DNA of 64,000 nt from an uncultured Candidatus Saccharibacteria bacterium (GCA_964572275.1 CAZNED010000001.1:5513-69512), one strand, 5' to 3'. Positions 56,674 to 64,000 are shown, numbered from the stretch's first letter. The notes: a model not told the origin generated them from the sequence alone. Translations and numbers: made by a program.

Positions 56674-59457
56674 TTATTTTCGAAAAGAACAGATTGTCCG
56701 ATAATCGCAAAAGCGGCAATTAAATCCAGGTGTAGCATTAAATTCGCTCTCTTTGACCCGAGTAATAACCTGACTCAAATTCTCTTCTGATTTCAATAAA
56801 TCTTTTGCCAATCCCTTAAAAGACACCTTTTGACCCTCAATGACATAATCTAATGTTAGGCGTACAGGCTTGATGCCTAAAATCCTCTCAGCTACCAATT
56901 GATAGATAAATAATTGCTCTTTATGTTCGTGAAGTATTTTCTTCGGCATTCGTCCGGTTTTATAATCAATTAACTCCAATCCATCATCTGTTATATCAAC
57001 CCTATCTATTTTTCCTCGGAAAGGATGGCCTGCTAATTTTCCCCGAAATTCCTTCTCCAGCCATAAATTGCCATCTGTCTCATAAATTTGAGGCATTTCT
57101 TTTTTCACCCTTTGATAGAATTTCCTCAATCCCTGATGACCATCTTCCTTATATTGACGACGTTGATTATCATCGTAATACCAATCATCGAGCCAACACT
57201 CTTTATAAATCTGCTTCAGCTCTGACCAATTGATTTTTCCATTAGATCGCATCCATTTCTCTGCGAATATCGCTAAAGTTTGATGTAATGTCGTGCCGAA
57301 GCTTCTTTCTGGCCCTCCTTTAGTTGAAACCTTTAGGATATGAGCTAATTTGTACTGATAAGGACAATTTTCGAAACTCGCTAATTGAGTATATGAAAAA
57401 TAATCAGGCAAAGGATAAGATTCTTTAAGATTTATTTTGTTTTTAATTTTCCTGGCACTTATCCTCCTTACTTCTGCTTTATTGTCAAGCCCAAGTTCTA
57501 TAAGAAAGCGAGATGGTTTGCGCAGGCGCTGTCCTCCATGATCCTCAGCCCAAGTAAAATAGAGCCCTTGGCGTGCTCGTGTCATGGCTACAAAAAATAA
57601 TCTTCTCTCTTCTTCAAGATGACGTTCATTATCTTTATCTTCATCGAACCAAGAAATAATGCTATGTTGTCTCTTAGACGGAAAAACTTGATCTACTAGA
57701 TTAACTAAAAAAACGTAATCAAATTCTAATCCTTTAGCCCCATGAATTGTCATAATACGAACCATTCCGGGAATATTCTCTTCTATTATTGACCCTCCCG
57801 AATCTCTCTCCCATTCTATTTGCTCTAAAAAGTAATTTAATCCGAGATCAGGATGATTTCGGGAAAATTCATTTAACTTATCTAAAAAATAATTCAACGA
57901 TTCTGCTTCGGATTGATTGGGAGAAGAACGAAGCCATGTTTTTAAATATCCCGAAGTCTCTAAAAAATCTAAAGTATCTTGCATAGGTGAAATCATCTTT
58001 TGATCCAAATACTCCATCATCCGGTTGGCAGACATTATGCCTTTATCGGATAATCCATTTCTTAAATCAACTCTACTAAAAATCTCTGCTAGAGAATAAC
58101 CTCGTCGCCGGCTTTGGTTCATCAACCATCCTTTTTCTGTTTCTTCCATTTGCCAACAAGGAAAATTAAGATAACGATAAAAAGCTACATCATCATAACG
58201 ATTAATGCGCAGGGTTAGATATGCCATTAAATCCAAGATGATGGACTGTCGATAAAACTCACCAGAAGCCATTGCCTGGACCGGTATTTTCATAAGACGC
58301 AATGATTCTACGAAAGCAGAAACATTATCGTTCGTACGAGTCAAAATGGCGATTTGACTCGGATCGATTTTACGTTTCTGAATCAAATTAACAATTTCCT
58401 CGGCAATTCCTCGAAACTCAGATTCTTTATTATTAAATCGCCAAACTTCTATAATCCCTCTCTCTTTTCGTACTGCTTTTAAACCAATTTCTTTAGATGA
58501 CTTCATCTTTTCACCCCGATTCATAAATGATTGACTCAAATCAATTAAATTCTGAGTCGAACGATAATTATTTTTTAAGACAATTTTTTTAGTATCTGGA
58601 TAATCACTCAAAAATTGATCAACATTTCCATAGTAAGCCCCACGCCACTGGTAAATTGTCTGATCAATGCTTGCACAAACGGTAATATTGCGATCTGTTC
58701 CGAGAAGTAATCGAATTAATTCATATTGAATCTTATTGGTATCTTGAAATTCATCGACTAAAAGATACTTTATTTTATTTTGATAGTAATCTCGCCAATG
58801 TGATTTTTGTTTCAATAATTCATGCATATAGTAAAGCAAATCTCCAAAATCAAACACTCCTTTTTCTAACAATAATTCTTGATAGGCCTTATAGGCACTC
58901 GCCAACTCTTTTCTTCTACTATTCTCTTCTTTATCATTTGACTTATTTTTAAAACTTTTTAGATAGTCTTCAGGGCCTATGGCTTCATCTTTACATCGTC
59001 CAAAATGAGCAATCAGAGCTGAGATCAATGCGTTATTATTTCCCCGAGGACGGTAATAATCGAATTTAAAGCGAGACCAGTTTTGGCGCAACAAGATACG
59101 CAGATCCTGATCTGTCGCAATTTGACATGGACTTGGTAATCCGATTTCTAATCCATGCCTTTCAATTATTTGTTGAGCGAAACTATGGAAAGTATGGATG
59201 GGCAAATCCAAATATTGATTAAGAAAAAGATCATCAGTTCTGGCAATCATTTCTTGTGCTGCTTTTTGGGTAAAAGTTAAGGCTAAAATTTCTTCAGGCT
59301 GGCAAAATTTATTTTTAACCAAATAAGCCAGATGTCTTGTCAAAACTGTCGTTTTGCCGGTCCCAGGGCCGGCGATGACCAATAATGGCCCATTTTCATA
59401 CCTTACAACCTTCGCCTGCTCTATATTTAAATCTCTACATAGATTAACCATATTCAT
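56674..59457 (-). CDS. UvrD/PcrA-family SF1 helicase fused to C-terminal Cas4/AddB-type PD-(D/E)XK nuclease
   Basis: AGPGTGKTT, LVDEFQDT, TIHGAKGLEF, VAMTRA. C-terminus: ENCPYQY, IDRVD..ELIDYKTG, IYQL, CRFCDYRTIC. Confidence 0.88.
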   Translation of the reverse strand: MNMVNLCRDLNIEQAKVVRYENGPLLVIAGPGTGKTTVLTRHLAYLVKNKFCQPEEILALTFTQKAAQEMIARTDDLFLNQYLDLPIHTFHSFAQQIIERHGLEIGLPSPCQIATDQDLRILLRQNWSRFKFDYYRPRGNNNALISALIAHFGRCKDEAIGPEDYLKSFKNKSNDKEENSRRKELASAYKAYQELLLEKGVFDFGDLLYYMHELLKQKSHWRDYYQNKIKYLLVDEFQDTNKIQYELIRLLLGTDRNITVCASIDQTIYQWRGAYYGNVDQFLSDYPDTKKIVLKNNYRSTQNLIDLSQSFMNRGEKMKSSKEIGLKAVRKERGIIEVWRFNNKESEFRGIAEEIVNLIQKRKIDPSQIAILTRTNDNVSAFVESLRLMKIPVQAMASGEFYRQSIILDLMAYLTLRINRYDDVAFYRYLNFPCWQMEETEKGWLMNQSRRRGYSLAEIFSRVDLRNGLSDKGIMSANRMMEYLDQKMISPMQDTLDFLETSGYLKTWLRSSPNQSEAESLNYFLDKLNEFSRNHPDLGLNYFLEQIEWERDSGGSIIEENIPGMVRIMTIHGAKGLEFDYVFLVNLVDQVFPSKRQHSIISWFDEDKDNERHLEEERRLFFVAMTRARQGLYFTWAEDHGGQRLRKPSRFLIELGLDNKAEVRRISARKIKNKINLKESYPLPDYFSYTQLASFENCPYQYKLAHILKVSTKGGPERSFGTTLHQTLAIFAEKWMRSNGKINWSELKQIYKECWLDDWYYDDNQRRQYKEDGHQGLRKFYQRVKKEMPQIYETDGNLWLEKEFRGKLAGHPFRGKIDRVDITDDGLELIDYKTGRMPKKILHEHKEQLFIYQLVAERILGIKPVRLTLDYVIEGQKVSFKGLAKDLLKSEENLSQVITRVKESEFNATPGFNCRFCDYRTICSFRK

Positions 59458-59485
59458 ATAATATTCTAAAATATTAAAATAATAA

Positions 59486-59513
59486 TTGACAAATATAAAT
59501 TATGATTTATAAT
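59486..59513 (+). promoter_or_regulatory. Consensus sigma70-like promoter for island C gene (TTGACA-16-TATAAT)
   Basis: TTGACA at 59486-59491, TATAAT at 59508-59513. AAGGAGG at 59535-59541 sits 6 nt before the ATG. Confidence 0.6.
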
Positions 59514-59547
59514 AAGGACATTTCGACAGCATCAAAGGAGGGTATCA

Positions 59548-59769
59548 ATGGTGTGCAGGAAATGTCCTCAGTGTGGGTACATCGCGAGTAGTGCCGATAC
59601 GCGACCATGGACATGCTCAAAGTGCGGGGCGAAGATCTCGGAGCGAGACGATCTCCCTCCGAGCAAAACTCCGGGATGGGTTCCGAGTCGGCGAGGGGGA
59701 GGGCCCGCTAAGCCACCCGTACGGAAGGGTCATCCTTCTCACAAGTGGAATCCGCCATCGCGTCGATAA
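59548..59769 (+). CDS. GC-rich island C: 73-aa zinc-ribbon protein with Pro/Arg-rich tail
   Basis: CRKCPQCG...CSKCG (CxxCxxC...CxxC), a strong SD, GC-rich codons, and a hairpin after the stop. Confidence 0.6.
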   Translation: MVCRKCPQCGYIASSADTRPWTCSKCGAKISERDDLPPSKTPGWVPSRRGGGPAKPPVRKGHPSHKWNPPSRR

Positions 59770-59779
59770 GAAGGTTCCG

Positions 59780-59809
59780 GGAGGGGCGAGCCGTTGGCTC
59801 GCTCCTTTT
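59780..59809 (+). terminator. Rho-independent terminator of island C gene
   Basis: GGAG(GG)GCGAGCC-GTT-GGCTCGCTCC followed by TTTTCC. Confidence 0.65.
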
Positions 59810-59813
59810 CCAT

Positions 59814-60104
59814 TTAATTGCTTGTTTGAAAACCAATTTCTTGATTTTTTTCGGCAATATCATCTATTTTACCGAATTTCTCCTCGTACAATTTCAAACT
59901 ATTTTGAAAAGCAATAATCATCTGTTTAAGATGCTTCGGAGAAGTGATAATTCGAGCCGTAACAATACCTTGGGGTGGTGTAATATGAGCAAAGTCCAAG
60001 ACAAAAGCCTCTTGATTATAAGAGACTTTCATGGCATTGGCATAAGATCCTTTTAATTGATCATCATTAATTTTAAGCCTAATTTCTTGAGGTTGTTGAT
60101 TCAT
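59814..60104 (-). CDS. DUF3467-family protein
   Basis: GSYANAMKVSYNQEAFVLDFAHI....ARIITSPKHLKQMIIAFQNSLKLYEEKFGKI matches my recollection of the DUF3467 consensus. Confidence 0.65.
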   Translation of the reverse strand: MNQQPQEIRLKINDDQLKGSYANAMKVSYNQEAFVLDFAHITPPQGIVTARIITSPKHLKQMIIAFQNSLKLYEEKFGKIDDIAEKNQEIGFQTSN

Positions 60105-60115
60105 TTTTTATTAAA

Positions 60116-60964
60116 TTAATTATCTCCAATCCCAAATAGAATCTTTGCTTCAGATTGCATTTCAGTCAATAAACGATTACTGATCATAAGTTTCTTCGAA
60201 TCAGCTTCTAAAACATCTTTAGCCAACATTAATTTATTCTGGCAAAATACATCTACTAAACGAGATGAACGAAAAGAAGGCAGAATGGTAATAGGATATA
60301 TTCCTTCTTCATCAATCATGCGCTCAATCCCCCGATGAGTAGGATATTTCCATCCCCAAAGGGTTTTCCCGATGCAATTGAAATACTTGATTGCCTCTTG
60401 AGTGAATTCCGTATTAGTTACCATAATTGATTTTACTCGGCTTCCCTGCTTGATCTTATTTTGAACAAAATTCCCTCGTTCCAAATCATCAAATCTGGCA
60501 GCATAAAGCAGAGCTGTAGGTAAATCAACTTTAATCCCTCGCCTATTGTGGTATTTACATTCACCGATATAGACTAACTCATTATTCCAAGCCAAGAAAT
60601 CAACCTCATGACTGACACAATGGCCTTTCATGCGGCATCCCACTTTCACTTGAAATCCCTGGCTTTCAAAAATACGGCCAACATAATTTTCAAAAGGAAA
60701 ACCTGTCGGACCGAGACGTCTCATAGCTTCTGGCAGATTAAAGCGCATCGCCGATCCGGCATCGCTTTTTTTCAATAATTGTTCAACGCGGCGACCAATT
60801 TGAGCCGTATTAACTTGTTCTTTCGTTTCCGATTTTATCTGGTCAGCAACTTCTACGGCAATTTCTCTCGTTGCTCCTGCCTTTCGAGCTGAATCATAGA
60901 TTCTTTGCCAAGAAAACGGTTCGGTTTCACCACTTGATTTAATAACAATCATATTTTTATTCAT
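60116..60964 (-). CDS. ATP-cone domain fused to Mrr-type (PD-(D/E)XK) restriction-endonuclease domain
   Basis: N-terminal ATP-cone pattern (VIKSSGETEPFSWQRI...). Then FENYVGRIFESQGFQV....HEVDFLAW..LVYIGECKY...IMVTNTEFT, a Mrr_cat-like D..ExK core. Confidence 0.7.
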   Translation of the reverse strand: MNKNMIVIKSSGETEPFSWQRIYDSARKAGATREIAVEVADQIKSETKEQVNTAQIGRRVEQLLKKSDAGSAMRFNLPEAMRRLGPTGFPFENYVGRIFESQGFQVKVGCRMKGHCVSHEVDFLAWNNELVYIGECKYHNRRGIKVDLPTALLYAARFDDLERGNFVQNKIKQGSRVKSIMVTNTEFTQEAIKYFNCIGKTLWGWKYPTHRGIERMIDEEGIYPITILPSFRSSRLVDVFCQNKLMLAKDVLEADSKKLMISNRLLTEMQSEAKILFGIGDN

Positions 60965-61701
60965 AATGCCAAATAATTAATAAAAGCACCTAGAAAACAA
61001 AGAATTGAAAATAGAAAAGCCCAAAAAGCAAAACTAATCCGTTGACTTATTTTTAATAATAGACGTAAAGAAATAAGACCTACGATAAAACTCGTGATTA
61101 GAGCCGGCCAACTTGTCCAAATTAAAACTGGTTCTTGCCAAATCAAATAGAGACTTGAGGTTAAAACAACAGGAAGAGACATCAGATAAGAAATTTTCAA
61201 TATTTCAGTTGAATTAAGATTCGCGAAAGACAATCCAAATATAGTTGACCCTGATCTTGAAAATCCGGGAATAGCTGATAATCCTTGTAAAAAACCGACT
61301 AAATAAGGCATTTTATCTAACCTCCATCCTTTATTCCGGTGCATCTTATGCATCCACGCAGTTATCATTAGACCAATTCCTGTTATAAACAACAATAAAG
61401 GTCCGATAACCATGTTCCTGACAAATCGATAAATTGGGAATCCAATAATCAATGAAATGATTGTTGCTATAATCAAGAATTTTAATAATCTGGGATTTTC
61501 TAATTTTAATAATGAAATCCAATCTTTACGAAAATAGACCAGTACCGCTATCATTGTTCCTAAATGCAGAAAAAGGGCAATATCTATCTCATTCACTCCC
61601 AACTCCATAAATCGACTTGTAAGCGCCACTATTCCCTGGCTAGATATAGGAAGCCACTCTGTAATGCCTTGGATGACTCCTAATAATAAATAAGACCACA
61701 T
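60961..61701 (-). CDS. uppP: Undecaprenyl-diphosphatase
   Basis: GITEWLPISSQG, SRSGSTI motifs, polytopic. The ORF-track start at 61752 is a TTG; the ATG at 61701 fits the family N-terminus better. Confidence 0.88.
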   Translation of the reverse strand: MWSYLLLGVIQGITEWLPISSQGIVALTSRFMELGVNEIDIALFLHLGTMIAVLVYFRKDWISLLKLENPRLLKFLIIATIISLIIGFPIYRFVRNMVIGPLLLFITGIGLMITAWMHKMHRNKGWRLDKMPYLVGFLQGLSAIPGFSRSGSTIFGLSFANLNSTEILKISYLMSLPVVLTSSLYLIWQEPVLIWTSWPALITSFIVGLISLRLLLKISQRISFAFWAFLFSILCFLGAFINYLAL

Positions 61702-61791
61702 ATGCGCATTATAGCCCAAAGCAGAAACGGCGTCTAACAAAATGTCCTCCAAGGAAAGTATCCGAAGATAAAATCCACAGAGGACACTGTT

Positions 61792-61819
61792 AGTATAACT
61801 GACTATGTTTTTTTGTCAA
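61792..61819 (-). promoter_or_regulatory. uppP promoter (TTGACA-16-TATACT)
   Basis: On the minus strand, TTGACA at 61819-61814 and TATACT at 61797-61792. Confidence 0.5.
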
Positions 61820-61836
61820 GTATCTTAATTCATCTT

Positions 61837-61883
61837 AAAAGAATCTTCCCCCACCTAGCCAGGAACACCCGACCAGATGGGGG
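61837..61883 (-). terminator. Strand-specific GC-rich hairpin after island D gene
   Basis: 13-bp stem, 61848-61860 with 61871-61883. Its three non-Watson-Crick positions are G-U on the minus-strand RNA but C-A on the plus strand. A UUUU tract follows after 7 nt. Confidence 0.45.
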
Positions 61884-61903
61884 AAACACGGTGCACCCAG
61901 TTC

Positions 61904-62095
61904 CTACTGGGGTCGCAGAGGATTTTCGTCATCCTCGAGCTTCTCCTTGGGGATGATCGTCTCCTCGAACACCTCGAGACGATAATCTCCGCTCGGAGCA
62001 TATCCGACGACTCGCGCCTTGAACTTCTGGACGCAGATGCCGTCAGCTTCGTCCTTTTGGACCAGAACTGTCCCCACCGGATACTTCCACGTCAT
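61904..62095 (-). CDS. GC-rich island D: 63-aa soluble protein, unknown function
   Basis: The ATG at 62095 lies 5 nt after GAGGTGA (62107-62101). Beta-rich sequence MTWKYPVGTVLVQKDEADGICVQKFKARVVGY... No family recognised. Confidence 0.5.
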   Translation of the reverse strand: MTWKYPVGTVLVQKDEADGICVQKFKARVVGYAPSGDYRLEVFEETIIPKEKLEDDENPLRPQ

Positions 62096-62114
62096 GATCA
62101 TCACCTCAAGATTT

Positions 62115-62142
62115 ATATTACAATATCTGCATAATTTGTCAA
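62115..62142 (-). promoter_or_regulatory. sigma70-like promoter for island D gene (TTGACA-16-TAATAT)
   Basis: On the minus strand, TTGACA at 62142-62137 and TAATAT at 62120-62115. Confidence 0.5.
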
Positions 62143-62204
62143 TAGGATTAGTACAACAAAAACACTGGTCTTCATCCTTTATTGAGATATATTATCCAAA
62201 AAAA

Positions 62205-62648
62205 TTAAGATTCGTTTAAAATAAAAGTAGCTGGACCGTTATTAACTAAAGCTACTCTCATCATCGCTCCAAATCTCCCTTCTTGTATATTCAACCCGCT
62301 CAAACTTCTTAACTTTAAACAAAAGAATTTATACAACTTTTCAGCCTGATCCGGAGAAGCAGCTCCAATATAGCTTGGGCGATGCCCTTTATCCATATTG
62401 GCACAGAGAGTGAATTGAGAAACAACTAATATTTCCCCTTTCTGGTCCATAACGCTTATATTACTTTCTTTATATTGATCAGAAAAAATACGTAAATGTA
62501 TTATTCGCTCAATCAATCGAACGGCGTTTTCTTCGCTGTCCTCCGGTTCAATCCCTAAGAATACCAATAATCCGACACCAATTTTACCTACAACATCATC
62601 TCTTATTACTACCTCTGCTTTTTCAACTCTTTGTATAATTGCTTTCAT
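62205..62648 (-). CDS. dtd: D-aminoacyl-tRNA deacylase
   Basis: MKAIIQRV, GLLVFLGI, SQFTL, GHRPS, NNGPATF motifs. Confidence 0.92.
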   Translation of the reverse strand: MKAIIQRVEKAEVVIRDDVVGKIGVGLLVFLGIEPEDSEENAVRLIERIIHLRIFSDQYKESNISVMDQKGEILVVSQFTLCANMDKGHRPSYIGAASPDQAEKLYKFFCLKLRSLSGLNIQEGRFGAMMRVALVNNGPATFILNES

Positions 62649-62704
62649 ATTGAATTAACAATGACTTCAGTTTAATATTTCTAAAGTTTTAATCAAGTTA
62701 TATT

Positions 62705-62751
62705 AAAAAGCTCCCCGTGAAAAACACCAAAAGATGAAATCCACGAGGAGC
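62705..62751 (-). terminator. Rho-independent terminator of the histidine kinase gene
   Basis: 10-bp stem, 62710-62719 with 62742-62751. One pair is G-U only on the minus-strand RNA. Followed by TTTTT on the minus strand. Confidence 0.5.
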
Positions 62752-62792
62752 ATCTTCATGATACCAAAGTGTATCTGTCTGTCAACTCATAT

Positions 62793-63947
62793 TTATATCG
62801 TTGTCTTCTTCTCTGATATTCCTGATTTCCGACAAGGTAATTCTACGAAGAAAGATGAACCCTTCCCCCGGCCAGAGCTTTCGGCCCAAAGGCGACCATT
62901 ATGTTGGCTGATAAACTTGTGAGCAATATAAAGCCCTAATCCGCTTCCCGCCGAATAAAGACTATTGCCGGCCCTACCTCTGAAAAAACTACTGAATAAA
63001 CCATCAATGTCTGCTTGATCCAGCCCCATGCCAGTATCTTTGATTGTGATTAAAATATATTTTTCTTGCAAGGGTTCTATGCAGACATTTATTCCACCCT
63101 GTTCGGTATATTTAATGGCATTGTCGATAATATTAGACAATGCTTGCTTAATTTTATCCGGATCGATTTCTATTAGTGGTAATTTTCCACGAATTTCAAC
63201 TCTAAGAAATAAATTCTTCTCTTCTAATGCTATCTTCATTTCCTTGGCAATTTTATGAATGAGCCTGCTGATAGAAACCTTCTTATAAGTTAATGGCATT
63301 TCTCCAGATTCAAGTTTTGAAACATTCAATAAATCATTTGAGAGTTTTAATAATCTTAGAGATGCCTGATAGGCCGTATTTGTCGCATCTTTAATCGTCG
63401 GAGGCAATAAACCAAAATCGCCCTGAATCATCATTGATAGATATCCCCTAATGACTCCTATCGGTGTTCGTAATTGATGAGAAGCGATTGAAATAAATTC
63501 TGTTTTTGCCTTATCTAAAACTTGTAATTCTTTGTAGGCTTGCTTGAGCGCTTCTGTACGATGTTTCACTCTTTGCTCAAGATTTCGATTTAACACTTTT
63601 AAAGCTCTTTCACTTTTCATCTGCGCGAAATTCGCTTCGATTATTCTCTCGGTACTTTTATTGAAATAATAACCATAGATAATAATCGTTGTGAAAACAA
63701 AAATTGTGCCGAATATTGAAATTTCTCCTTCAAACCAGAGGGAAAGCAATAAAAAGAAAGCAATCAAGGCGACGCTGATTATCTGATAATGCAAAAACAG
63801 ACAATTGCAAAAATGCAATTCACAATAGCGACATCGCTCATAAGGAGGATAATTCAGTGCTTTAACCAACCAACAATTTTGGTTAAGATACCCGTATCTC
63901 CCCAATGGCACTTCCTTTTGTCCGGATGATTGCTCAATATTGCTCAT
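62793..63947 (-). CDS. Sensor histidine kinase with N-terminal Cys cluster
   Basis: H-box SIASHQLRTPI, N-box IIDNAIKYT, DTGMGL, GSGLGLYIA. Two TM helices. N-terminal CRYCELHFCNC. Confidence 0.88.
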   Translation of the reverse strand: MSNIEQSSGQKEVPLGRYGYLNQNCWLVKALNYPPYERCRYCELHFCNCLFLHYQIISVALIAFFLLLSLWFEGEISIFGTIFVFTTIIIYGYYFNKSTERIIEANFAQMKSERALKVLNRNLEQRVKHRTEALKQAYKELQVLDKAKTEFISIASHQLRTPIGVIRGYLSMMIQGDFGLLPPTIKDATNTAYQASLRLLKLSNDLLNVSKLESGEMPLTYKKVSISRLIHKIAKEMKIALEEKNLFLRVEIRGKLPLIEIDPDKIKQALSNIIDNAIKYTEQGGINVCIEPLQEKYILITIKDTGMGLDQADIDGLFSSFFRGRAGNSLYSAGSGLGLYIAHKFISQHNGRLWAESSGRGKGSSFFVELPCRKSGISEKKTTI

Positions 63948-64000
63948 CTTTGCTTTCTAAAAATCTTTTTAAAGAAAATATACATTAATGTTGCTATGCA

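Noticed and set aside
59573-60056. ORFs 59573..59917+ and 59745..60056+ overlapping island C and the DUF3467 gene.
   Set aside because: They are out of frame with the SD-led zinc-ribbon ORF. They run through the terminator hairpin and antisense to a recognisable DUF3467 gene.
4927-62142. The GC-rich islands as assembly chimeras or contaminant fragments.
   Set aside because: Not fully excluded, but it is unlikely. Each island is small, lands exactly in an intergenic gap, and is framed by a promoter and terminator in the correct orientation. Island A's boundary creates a continuous miaB reading frame. Read mapping is needed to settle the question.
61877-62219. Plus-strand ORFs 61877..62134 and 62019..62219 in island D.
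   Set aside because: They lack promoter and SD context on the plus strand. The hairpin's G-U pairs are valid only for a minus-strand transcript.
1-64000. UGA recoding (seen in some CPR lineages), a CRISPR array, or transposase, integrase or prophage genes that could explain the islands.
   Set aside because: TGA ends several well-defined genes (rpmE, fusA, rpsQ, island B gene). I saw no short-repeat/spacer periodicity anywhere, and no ORF with transposase, integrase or phage structural motifs.

Overview
The window is AT-rich (about one-third GC by eye), densely packed and almost entirely housekeeping. It looks like a streamlined Patescibacteria/CPR-type chromosome. An uninterrupted str/S10/spc/alpha ribosomal-protein supercluster runs on the minus strand (rpsL to rplQ, then rplM-rpsI). 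There is no room for L30 (rpmD) between rpsE and rplO. Also present: EF-G/EF-Tu/EF-Ts, IF-1, a short RF1, RRF, four aaRS genes, tRNA-modification genes (miaB, miaA, tgt, mnmA), nifS/nifU, two mreB paralogs, murA, uppP, secY, and two tRNAs (Thr-UGU, Pro-GGG). A minus-strand operon (52.0-56.4 kb) encodes the archaeal-type AMP salvage pathway: ribose-1,5-bisphosphate isomerase, a bona fide form III-like RuBisCO, and AMP phosphorylase, with a family-4 UDG attached. That pathway is already described for CPR. The least expected signal is compositional. Four short GC-rich islands (about 55-60% GC by hand count against about 30% in the flanks) sit in intergenic gaps at roughly 4.9-5.4, 17.9-18.7, 59.5-59.8 and 61.85-62.1 kb. 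Each is a self-contained one-gene cassette: a near-consensus sigma70-type promoter in AT-rich DNA, a strong Shine-Dalgarno, a GC-rich ORF, and a GC-rich hairpin right after the stop. The native genes I inspected have no Shine-Dalgarno. The cargo is a COG2426-like membrane protein, a divergent YfiH/PgeF-family enzyme next to murA, a zinc-ribbon protein, and a 63-aa protein. Secondary points: an ATP-cone::Mrr-type nuclease with a DUF3467 partner, a UvrD helicase fused to a Cas4-type nuclease, an orphan Cas4-like nuclease, an RF1 lacking domain 1, and extra genes inserted between map and infA and between fusA and tuf. I saw no CRISPR array, transposase, integrase or rRNA. Every homology call is motif recognition by eye; nothing was searched or computed.
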